A DNA stretch of 24,000 nucleotides from positions 212,247 to 236,246 of the forward strand of contig JAXGIL010000003.1 in assembly GCA_040770765.1 (NCBI GenBank). Direction: 5' to 3'. The notes under the pieces were generated by a model. That model was given only the letters and a program-made list of their open reading frames with translations. It made no database searches and was not told where the DNA came from. The first letter of the stretch is position 1. Every line of letters begins with the position of its first letter. The position numbers and the translations under genes were made by a program. Source of the DNA: Sedimentibacter sp. (GTDB lineage Bacteria; Bacillota; Clostridia; Tissierellales; Sedimentibacteraceae). Positions 17,615 through 24,000 of this stretch are shown here, piece by piece.

Positions 17615-18226
17615 ATGAAAAGTGACGTAACAATGAATCAAAGAATTAACACAAAAACTATTACAAAGGTAGGAATATTAGGAGCCGTAGCGACAGTATT
17701 AATGCTTTTAGAGTTTCCGCTATGGTTCGCACCAAGCTTTTATGAATTAGACTTCAGTGAAGTACCGGTATTATTAGGAGCATTTGCCTTAGGTCCGGCA
17801 GCAGGCGCCATGATAGAATTGGTTAAGATTTTAATTAACTTTGTTTTAAACGGAACAGATACCGGTGGAGTAGGAGAATTCGCTAACTTTATAATAGGAT
17901 GCGCATTCATTGTACCTGCAGGCTTCATTTATAAAAGAAATAAAAGTTTTAAAACCGCTATTTTGGGATTAGTTGTCGGAACATTGACCTTAGCATTAGC
18001 AGGAGCATTTTTGAATTATTATCTGTTGCTTCCGCTATATGCAAAAATCTACGGCTATCCAATCCAGGCATTTATAGATATGGGTAATGCTTTAAATCCG
18101 GCAATAACAGATTTAAAAACATTTGTACTGTATGCCGTAGTACCCTTTAACCTACTAAAAGGCACAATAGTTTCGGCTATGGTAATATTGATTTATAAGA
18201 AGCTTTCTCCAATACTGCACAGATAA
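17615..18226 (+). CDS. ribU: Riboflavin transporter RibU (ECF transporter S component)
   Basis: 203-aa 6-TM protein with the typical ECF-S RibU N-terminus (TKTITKVGILGAVATVLMLLEFPL). It is controlled by the FMN riboswitch. SD AAGGAGG. Confidence 0.9.
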   Translation: MKSDVTMNQRINTKTITKVGILGAVATVLMLLEFPLWFAPSFYELDFSEVPVLLGAFALGPAAGAMIELVKILINFVLNGTDTGGVGEFANFIIGCAFIVPAGFIYKRNKSFKTAILGLVVGTLTLALAGAFLNYYLLLPLYAKIYGYPIQAFIDMGNALNPAITDLKTFVLYAVVPFNLLKGTIVSAMVILIYKKLSPILHR

Positions 18227-18270
18227 TTGAAGATCGATGCAGGAAAATGTCGTAATTAATCAATTGCCAC

Positions 18271-18298
18271 AGACGCATATAAAATGCGTCTTTTTTTG
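18271..18298 (+). terminator. Rho-independent terminator of ribU
   Basis: AGACGCAT, the loop ATAAA, then ATGCGTCT followed by TTTTTTTG. Confidence 0.8.
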
Positions 18299-18363
18299 TA
18301 TTTCTCTAATAAAAGCTGATTATTTTTTGACCGCAGAGCGCGCAATATATGCTTTAATTGCGC

Positions 18364-18392
18364 TTGACTCCAATACTCTTTTAGATTATAAT
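18364..18392 (+). promoter_or_regulatory. Sigma-A-type promoter of the MFS transporter gene
   Basis: TTGACT, a 17-nt spacer, then TATAAT, about 38 nt upstream of the TTG start. Confidence 0.6.
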
Positions 18393-18430
18393 TATTATAC
18401 GGTGCAATAGTTACCTTTGGAGGTAGAAAT

Positions 18431-19654
18431 TTGAAGCTGCACATCTATTCTTTAATAATGTTTCTTAATTCATATTTGACCGGTCTGTTAACCCCGGTAC
18501 TTAGTCTGGCTTTAATTGATAAAGGCGCCTCCTTGAGTAACTTATCAATTATATTAGGATTATATGCCTTGTCGGTTATTTTGCTTGAACTGCCTTCCGG
18601 AATAATGGCAGATGTCTTCGGTAGAAAAAAAACCTTTGTATTATCCCTTGTATTATTTACTTTAAGTTTTTCATTATTATTGATTAGCAAAGTCTTTATA
18701 GTATTATGTATTGTGATGATTCTTTACGGTTTAGGACGAGCTCTCGGCTCAGGATCTTTTGATGCGCTATTCATTGACTACTATATAGATAATTTCGGTA
18801 AGGACAAATTACATAACATTACAACAAGGCTTTCAGTCTTAGATGCATTGGGACTTTCAGCGGGTGCTTTATCCGGAGGATTCTTCCCGGATATTTCTAA
18901 TAATCTTCTTCCTTCCATAGGAACTTATGATTTAAATATTATTGTTAGAATTGTTTTAACAATTGCTGTCATAATTATATCTGTTCTTTTTATTTCGGAA
19001 AAAAACCATCATGATAAAAAAGAACATAAATCCATTAAACAACATGTAAAAAACAGTTCTGATTTTGTTCGCAAAAACACCACCATACTTTTTATATTCA
19101 TTTCTGTTTTTTCAACAGGTATCTTTCTAAGCGCATTAGAAACCTATTGGCAGCCTCACTTTATAACACTTTTACCCGATGAAGGCTCCTCGGGTCTCTT
19201 AGGATTGATGGCATTTTTATATTTGGGCGCAGCTTTGGTAGGAAGTATTCTTTCAAACAAAATTATGAGCAAATATAAATTTAACATAAGAAAGATGTAT
19301 CTAATAATGAGAAGCTTACTTGCTCTATTTTTGATACTAACCGCATTACAAACAAATATTCCCTTGTTTATTGCCTATTATGCCTCAATTTATTTAATGT
19401 TCGGCATGGCTAATATTCCGGAAGATGTAATACTTAATTCTGAAACTCCCAACCAAATAAGGGCTTCCGTGCTGTCGGTAAAATCATTTACAATACAAAT
19501 CGGAGGCTTATCCGGCTCATTAATGTACAGTATTTTAATAAGATTTATATCAATACCCGCAATTTGGGTAATTGCAGCTTCCATAATTTTATTAACAATT
19601 GCATTAATTGCAAAAAAATTTATTGCAGCCGAAAAAGCCCGCAATAAAATCTAA
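18431..19654 (+). CDS. MFS transporter, substrate unknown
   Basis: 407 aa with about 12 TM helices and the MFS motif-A-like loop GIMADVFGRKKT between TM2 and TM3. The start is TTG, preceded by GGAGGT. Confidence 0.85.
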   Translation: MKLHIYSLIMFLNSYLTGLLTPVLSLALIDKGASLSNLSIILGLYALSVILLELPSGIMADVFGRKKTFVLSLVLFTLSFSLLLISKVFIVLCIVMILYGLGRALGSGSFDALFIDYYIDNFGKDKLHNITTRLSVLDALGLSAGALSGGFFPDISNNLLPSIGTYDLNIIVRIVLTIAVIIISVLFISEKNHHDKKEHKSIKQHVKNSSDFVRKNTTILFIFISVFSTGIFLSALETYWQPHFITLLPDEGSSGLLGLMAFLYLGAALVGSILSNKIMSKYKFNIRKMYLIMRSLLALFLILTALQTNIPLFIAYYASIYLMFGMANIPEDVILNSETPNQIRASVLSVKSFTIQIGGLSGSLMYSILIRFISIPAIWVIAASIILLTIALIAKKFIAAEKARNKI

Positions 19655-19685
19655 ATATACAGCCTGAATCTATATATAAGAGAAT

Positions 19686-19747
19686 GGGACACACCTTGCG
19701 GCTGCCCACTGCAGATAATACCGAAGTTATGTCCCTTATTTTATTAT
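19686..19747. terminator. Long imperfect hairpin acting as a probable bidirectional terminator between the MFS gene and the orphan unit
   Basis: GGGACA...TGTCCC is the outer stem, with inner pairings CTGC/GCAG and AACTTCGG/CCGCAAGGT. It is followed by TTATTTTATTAT on the plus strand and by ATTCTCTTATATAT on the minus strand. Confidence 0.55.
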
Positions 19748-19863
19748 CTTCTTCTTCTGATGCATGGGTCAAATCTTCCCCTAGCTCCTAAGACATCACG
19801 TCTCTCGCTGCATCTTCCGAAACCAACACCAAGTAAAAACCATGGCACTACTCTACAAAACAT
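19744..19863 (-). CDS. Candidate 39-codon small ORF in a GC-rich orphan transcription unit. It may instead be a non-coding RNA.
   Basis: Not in the ORF track (under 60 aa). The ATG at 19863 is preceded by AAGGGA. The translation is MFCRVVPWFLLGVGFGRCSERRDVLGARGRFDPCIRRRR with a double stop TAATAA. It has its own promoter and terminator. No homolog is recognisable from memory. Confidence 0.3.
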   Translation of the reverse strand: MFCRVVPWFLLGVGFGRCSERRDVLGARGRFDPCIRRRR

Positions 19864-19925
19864 ATCATCATCCCTTTTTATATTGCCTGTACTTATTTTA
19901 TTCAATGAAGATGATATTGTTACAA

Positions 19926-19955
19926 ATTATAACAAAAAAACCTTCGTCTTAGCAA
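19926..19955 (-). promoter_or_regulatory. Extended -10 promoter of the orphan unit, overlapping the rnpB terminator
   Basis: The minus strand reads TTGCTA, an 18-nt spacer, then TGTTATAAT (TGn plus TATAAT). Confidence 0.45.
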
Positions 19956-19958
19956 AGG
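19934..19958 (-). terminator. Rho-independent terminator of rnpB
   Basis: The minus strand reads CCTTTG, the loop CTAAGA, then CGAAGG followed by TTTTTTTG. Confidence 0.7.
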
Positions 19959-19988
19959 CTAATGATTTTATTTTCTATTATATATGTA

Positions 19989-20403
19989 GTGAGTAAATAT
20001 ATAAGCCGAGTTCTGTATTAAACAATCATCTATCTAGGCTTGCCGTTGCCGGCAAACTCAAGCGACCTACCATTTGGACCGTGACGAGCAGCCACTCCAA
20101 GGTCCTCTTTTGGTCTTGCTCCGGGTGGGGTTTACATGGCCAATCAGTCGCCTGATTGCCGGTGAGCTCTTACCTCACCTTTCCATCCTTACCCCGCACT
20201 CAATCTGTAAAAGACTCTATACTAAATTAATTTATAGTTTACATATCTTAAATAATAAACTGAATCTCTTACAGATTGAGTGCGGGGCGGTTTCTTTCTG
20301 TTGCACTATCCTTAAGGTCACCCTCACCGGGGGTTACCCGGCACCCTGCTCTATGGAGCTCGGACTTTCCTCATGCTATGCATGCGATTGTATAATTTAC
20401 TCT
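19989..20403 (-). ncRNA. rnpB: RNase P RNA, bacterial type A
   Basis: The minus strand reads GAGGAAAGTCCGAGCTCCATAGAGCAGGGTGCCGGGTAACCCCCGG...GTGCAACAGAAAGAAACCGCC...GGTAAGGATGGAAAGGTGAGGTAAGAGCTCACC...GTAAACCCCACCCGGAGCAAGACCAAA...CCTAGATAGATGATTGT...ACAGAACTCGGCTTAT. This is collinear with the conserved regions of E. coli M1 RNA. P1 can form between GAGTAAAT (5' end) and ATTTACTC (3' end), and P2 between ACAATC and GATTGT. Confidence 0.93.
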
Positions 20404-20408
20404 TTGTT

Positions 20409-20437
20409 ATTTTATAATATTTATAATTTTATGTCAA
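20409..20437 (-). promoter_or_regulatory. Sigma-A-type promoter of rnpB
   Basis: The minus strand reads TTGACA, a 17-nt spacer, then TAAAAT. The predicted transcription start coincides with the 5' strand of P1. Confidence 0.6.
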
Positions 20438-20458
20438 ATGCAGATTTATCCAAGAATT

Positions 20459-22387
20459 TTATTTTTTGATATTTTCGCATATTTTCATCCATAATTCATA
20501 AGATGCGTCGCTTGGCATTTTCCAATCTCCTCTGGGCGACAATGATACGGAGCCTACCTTAACCCCATCAGGCATGCAGGAGCGCTTAAATTGCTGAGTA
20601 AAAAATCTTTTATAGAAATTTTTTAATGTTTCAAGGATAACTTGTTCGTCGTATTCTTCTTTAAAAGCTATTTTTGCCAAATAGTACATTTTTTCCGGTC
20701 CGTAACCGTTTTTCATCATATTGTACAGGAAAAAGTCGTTCAGCTCATATGAGCCTACCGAGTTTTCCGTAAGCTGACGAATATTTCCTTCCTTGTCCGG
20801 TGGAAGCAGTTCAGGGCTTACGGGAGTGTTGCATATATCAAGAAGTGTTTTTTGCATTTCTCCTGATGTTTTAGAATCCGCATACCACTTAACCATATAT
20901 TTTATCAAGGTCTTGGGAACTCCTGAATTAACGCTGTACATTGACATATGGTCCCCGTTGTATGTGCACCATCCTAAGGCAAGCTCGGATAAATCACCTG
21001 TTCCTACCACGAGTCCTCCTTCTTGATTGGCAATATCCATTAAAATTTGTGTTCTTTCCCTTGCTTGTGAATTTTCATAAGTAACATCATGATTGTTTAT
21101 ATCATGTCCTATATCTTTATAATGTTGCATGCATGCATCCTTTATGGATATTTCTCGTAAGGTTACTCCTAATTCATCAATCAGTACATGGGCATTTTTG
21201 TAAGTTCTCTCTGATGTTCCAAATCCCGGCATAATAACAGTAATTATATTTGTAAGCGGTAATTTTAATTTCTTAATTGCTTCAACCGCCACAATCAATG
21301 CTAATGTGCTGTCTAGACCTCCTGATATCCCCAGAATGGCTTTTTTTGAACCAATCTTTTTCATGCGCTGAGAAAGACCTGCAGCCTGAATTTTTAGGAT
21401 ATTAGAAAAACTTTTATCTCTGTCTTCGGGTCTTGCAGGTATAAAAGGTCTGGGCTCAACAAACCTTTCAAGCTTCAAATTTTCACTGTAGCCTAAATTA
21501 AAATTGACATATTTGTAATTTTTTCTTTCTATATTTGAATTATAAACATTTAAGCTTCTTTTTTCATTATTTATTTTTTCTATATCAATATCTGAATATA
21601 TGAAACCGTCGCATAAATTATCTTCCTTTAATATTTTGCCGTCTTCCGCAATTATGCAGTGTCCGGAAAATACTACATCAGTTGTGCTTTCTTCTTCGCC
21701 GGAAGAAGTATAAACATATGATGTTATGCATTTGGAAGATTGCATCTTTACCAAATCTCTTCGGTAATCTGCCTTACCTGATGTTTCGCTGCTCGCGGAC
21801 AAATTAAGTATTAAGTTGGCACCCTGCAAAGCATGATATGAGCTTGGAGGAATAGTTGCCCATAAATCTTCACATATATCCACTCCAACACATAGCGAAG
21901 ATATATCATCCTTAAACAAAAGGTTTTCGCTAAAAATTACTTCCTGCTCGCAAAGTGTAACTATGTCTGATAACCTGTAAGATGCAGGAACAAACCATCT
22001 CATTTCATAAAACTCTTTGTAATTAGGTATATATGTTTTAGGAACAACACCAAGTATTTTTCCTTCCTTAAATATTACGGCGCAATTAAACAGCTTGGTG
22101 TCGGCTTTTACGGGCATTCCCACAGCTATAAGCATATTCAAATACTTTGTTTCTTCCAATAAAAGGCTTAATGCTTCTTCGCATTTATTTATCAATGTAT
22201 TCTGGCTAAACAAATCTTGACAAGTGTATCCCGTTAAACAAAGTTCCGGAAATACCAAGACTCTGACTTTTTCTTTTTCCGCTTTTAATATTATTTCCTT
22301 AATTTTAATTGCATTATAATTTGGGTCTGCAACTCTTATGGATGGTACTGCCGAAGCGACTCTTATATATTCAAAATTCTTATCCAT
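20459..22387 (-). CDS. nadE: Glutamine-dependent NAD+ synthetase (CN-hydrolase domain plus NAD synthetase domain)
   Basis: The N-terminal nitrilase-type domain is present (VFPELCLTGY, VDICEDLW). The C-terminal ATP-PPase domain carries ILGISGGLDSTLA. I prefer the ATG at 22387 because the SD AGAGG overlaps the GTG at 22393 used by the track. Confidence 0.93.
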   Translation of the reverse strand: MDKNFEYIRVASAVPSIRVADPNYNAIKIKEIILKAEKEKVRVLVFPELCLTGYTCQDLFSQNTLINKCEEALSLLLEETKYLNMLIAVGMPVKADTKLFNCAVIFKEGKILGVVPKTYIPNYKEFYEMRWFVPASYRLSDIVTLCEQEVIFSENLLFKDDISSLCVGVDICEDLWATIPPSSYHALQGANLILNLSASSETSGKADYRRDLVKMQSSKCITSYVYTSSGEEESTTDVVFSGHCIIAEDGKILKEDNLCDGFIYSDIDIEKINNEKRSLNVYNSNIERKNYKYVNFNLGYSENLKLERFVEPRPFIPARPEDRDKSFSNILKIQAAGLSQRMKKIGSKKAILGISGGLDSTLALIVAVEAIKKLKLPLTNIITVIMPGFGTSERTYKNAHVLIDELGVTLREISIKDACMQHYKDIGHDINNHDVTYENSQARERTQILMDIANQEGGLVVGTGDLSELALGWCTYNGDHMSMYSVNSGVPKTLIKYMVKWYADSKTSGEMQKTLLDICNTPVSPELLPPDKEGNIRQLTENSVGSYELNDFFLYNMMKNGYGPEKMYYLAKIAFKEEYDEQVILETLKNFYKRFFTQQFKRSCMPDGVKVGSVSLSPRGDWKMPSDASYELWMKICENIKK

Positions 22388-22395
22388 ATCCACCT

Positions 22396-23169
22396 CTAAA
22401 TTATTTTTTCAGCTGTTATATTTTTCTTAAAATTAATTATTTCCAATCCTGTTTTTTCTAATACTTCCATTAGTGTTTCCATTGAGTATATTTCCGTGTT
22501 GTAATGACCTGCATCAATAATGCATAAATTATTTTTTACAGCTTCCTGTGCCTGGTGATATTTTATATCTCCGGTTATGTAAAGATCAGCTTTTTGCCTT
22601 ATAGCATCCTCAATGAATTCACCGCCGCTGCCGCCGCAAAATGCAACCCTTCTAACTGTTTTTTCTCCATTGCAATACAATTTGACATATTCAGCTCCAA
22701 GAGCTTCTTTTACTAATTTGGTATACTCAATTATATTAACGGGAGCTACATCTCCTATTCCCCCATATCCGCTGTTATCAATATTTATTGGATGAAGAAC
22801 CTGATAATTTAATATATTCAGTCTTTTTGCCAAGCTATATGTAACTCCCTTATCAGCCATGTCATAACTTGTGTGCATGCTGTAAACATTTATATTTTCT
22901 TTAATTAACATTTTAATAATTTCACCGTCGTATGTATCAAAATCAATTTTTCTGATACTGCCGAAAAAAAACGGATGGTGAGTAATTATTAAATCAACCT
23001 TATGTTGAACAGCGTATTCAATTGCTTCCTTATTGATGTCCAAGGTTAACATAATTTTATTTATGTTAACTTCCATGGAGCCCAGCTGTAATCCGCTGTT
23101 GTCCCAGGATTCATGCTCCTTCAACTTTACTTCTTCATTTAATAAATTAATAATATTATTTAAATTCAT
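22396..23169 (-). CDS. NIF3-family (YqfO/GTP cyclohydrolase 1 type 2 homolog) metal-binding protein
   Basis: 257 aa containing WDNSGLQLG, LIITHHPFFF and FCGGSGGEF. Its ATG overlaps the trmK stop (ATGA). The trmK-nif3 pairing is conserved in Firmicutes. Confidence 0.9.
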   Translation of the reverse strand: MNLNNIINLLNEEVKLKEHESWDNSGLQLGSMEVNINKIMLTLDINKEAIEYAVQHKVDLIITHHPFFFGSIRKIDFDTYDGEIIKMLIKENINVYSMHTSYDMADKGVTYSLAKRLNILNYQVLHPINIDNSGYGGIGDVAPVNIIEYTKLVKEALGAEYVKLYCNGEKTVRRVAFCGGSGGEFIEDAIRQKADLYITGDIKYHQAQEAVKNNLCIIDAGHYNTEIYSMETLMEVLEKTGLEIINFKKNITAEKII

Positions 23170-23840
23170 CTTATTAATTCCCTAATTTTCTTGTTTTTTC
23201 TTTTTAATTCCTCTATTTTTTCATTATATGCCACATTATCTGCTTTTTCAAGACTGCTGATTATTTTTTTGTTTGTATCAATTACCTTATTTATGTATTC
23301 TATCATTACGGTATCTCTTTTATCTGTTAATATTTTACTTATTTCATAATATATATCGTCCATATATTTGGTAAAGCCTTTTTTTGTCTTTATTACAAAA
23401 TAAAAATGATTGTATTCCTTTACTATATTTTCATCGATTATTTCAAAACCGTTATTACAAAGGTATCTTCTTAAATTATCAACCTTAGTCATAGGCTGTA
23501 AAATAAGCTGTTTTGCACTCTCTGCTATATGTTTTGATCTTTCGATTATTTCTGAAATTAAATCGCCACCCATTCCTGCAACAATAATTGTATCTGCTTC
23601 CCCTTCATTTAAAACAGTAAGCCCGTCTCCAAGCCTAAAGTCACATTTATCACTGAGTTTTACTTCGGATAAATGCTCCCTTGCTCTGTATAAAGGTCCT
23701 TTGTTTAAATCAGTCGCTATAATTTTATTGCATATTCCTTTTTTTAAAAGCATCTCTGCCACATATCCATGGTCAGTACCTATATCTGCTGCTGTGTTGC
23801 ATTTATCGACCATGGATACAATACATTCTAATCTGTTCAT
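23166..23840 (-). CDS. trmK: tRNA (adenine22-N1)-methyltransferase TrmK
   Basis: ADIGTDHGYVAEML and IIVAGMGG are SAM-MTase motifs. The C-terminus is a coiled coil. The start was trimmed to the ATG at 23840 (MNRLECIV) after AAGGGGG. Confidence 0.88.
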   Translation of the reverse strand: MNRLECIVSMVDKCNTAADIGTDHGYVAEMLLKKGICNKIIATDLNKGPLYRAREHLSEVKLSDKCDFRLGDGLTVLNEGEADTIIVAGMGGDLISEIIERSKHIAESAKQLILQPMTKVDNLRRYLCNNGFEIIDENIVKEYNHFYFVIKTKKGFTKYMDDIYYEISKILTDKRDTVMIEYINKVIDTNKKIISSLEKADNVAYNEKIEELKRKNKKIRELIR

Positions 23841-23854
23841 ACTGACCCCCTTAA

Positions 23855-23886
23855 ATGAATAAATGGAATGTAAATGTTGCATTCCA
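23855..23886 (-). terminator. Terminator-like hairpin upstream of trmK
   Basis: The minus strand reads GGAATG, the loop CAACATTTA, then CATTCC followed by ATTTATTCATTT. It probably terminates the upstream unit that is cut by the window edge. Confidence 0.4.
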
Positions 23887-23910
23887 TCTATATATTAATA
23901 TAGTTATCAT

Positions 23911-24000
23911 TCAGAGTGTTACACGCAGTCTCCCTACACAATTTTGTTTGCTACTTTCGTCGCACAAAATTGGTGCTCGTTGCGAATGACCTACCACTAT
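23911..24000 (-). other. Truncated GC-rich element at the window edge: an open reading frame tail with an embedded GNRA-capped hairpin
   Basis: The minus-strand frame is open from the edge (IVVGHSQRAPILCDESSKQNCVGRLRVTL, stop TGA at 23913-23911). It contains a 34-nt hairpin, CAATTTTGT-GCGAC-GAAA-GTAGC-AA-ACAAAATTG (23939-23972). Its identity is unknown. Confidence 0.25.

Noticed and set aside
18256-18444. 62-aa minus-strand ORF between ribU and the MFS gene
   Set aside because: It covers the ribU terminator and the MFS promoter and SD. It has no SD of its own and is more simply explained as intergenic regulatory DNA.
19790-19835. SRP RNA helix-8-like string TTTCGGAAGATGCAGCGAGAG (minus strand)
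   Set aside because: It resembles CCGGAAGGAAGCAGC only superficially. The flanks do not pair into the conserved helix 8 with symmetric and asymmetric loops, and the unit is too short for a Firmicute SRP RNA.
19760-19996. 78-aa plus-strand ORF in the track
   Set aside because: It has no SD. It runs through the rnpB terminator and promoter and is antisense to the GC-rich orphan unit. Its composition is not protein-like.
20074-20469. 131-aa plus-strand ORF in the track (MDRDEQPLQGPLLVLLRVGF...)
   Set aside because: It lies entirely antisense to the RNase P RNA gene. Its openness is a by-product of the GC-rich structured RNA, and it has no SD.
23939-23972. Group II intron domain V-like hairpin (9 bp, 2-nt bulge, 5 bp, GAAA; 34 nt)
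   Set aside because: The architecture matches, but the catalytic AGC (or CGC) triad is absent: the lower stem begins CAAT. The upper stem has a G-A mismatch. No domain VI or intron body can fit before trmK.

Overview
This is an AT-rich core chromosome segment from an endospore-forming Firmicute. It looks Clostridia-like because the RNase P RNA has the type A architecture. Almost every gene is on the minus strand and the gene content is conserved housekeeping and sporulation. Reading left to right on the plus strand, the minus-strand genes are: a truncated D-Ala-D-Ala carboxypeptidase, deoB, an xerD-like gene, spoIIM, a Nudix ADP-ribose pyrophosphatase, spo0A, spoIVB, recN, argR, tlyA, xseB, xseA, a TsaD/Kae1-like paralog, nusB, an Asp23-family gene and the full spoIIIAH-to-spoIIIAA operon. 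A short plus-strand island follows, with an FMN riboswitch, ribU and an MFS transporter. After it, back on the minus strand, come a small GC-rich orphan transcription unit, rnpB, nadE, a NIF3-family gene and trmK. I found no CRISPR array, no clear mobile element and no defence-island-like gene cluster, and I cannot support a novel multi-gene system here. The items most worth a second look are listed below. (1) The XerD homolog has three of its six canonical active-site residues substituted. (2) A self-contained GC-rich unit next to rnpB has its own promoter and terminator, and could be a 39-codon sORF or an ncRNA. (3) A GC-rich structured element with an open frame is cut off at the right window edge. 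(4) A TsaD-family paralog is translationally coupled between nusB and xseA. Several ORF-track entries have upstream extensions; I trimmed starts to the codon with a proper Shine-Dalgarno (SD) sequence.
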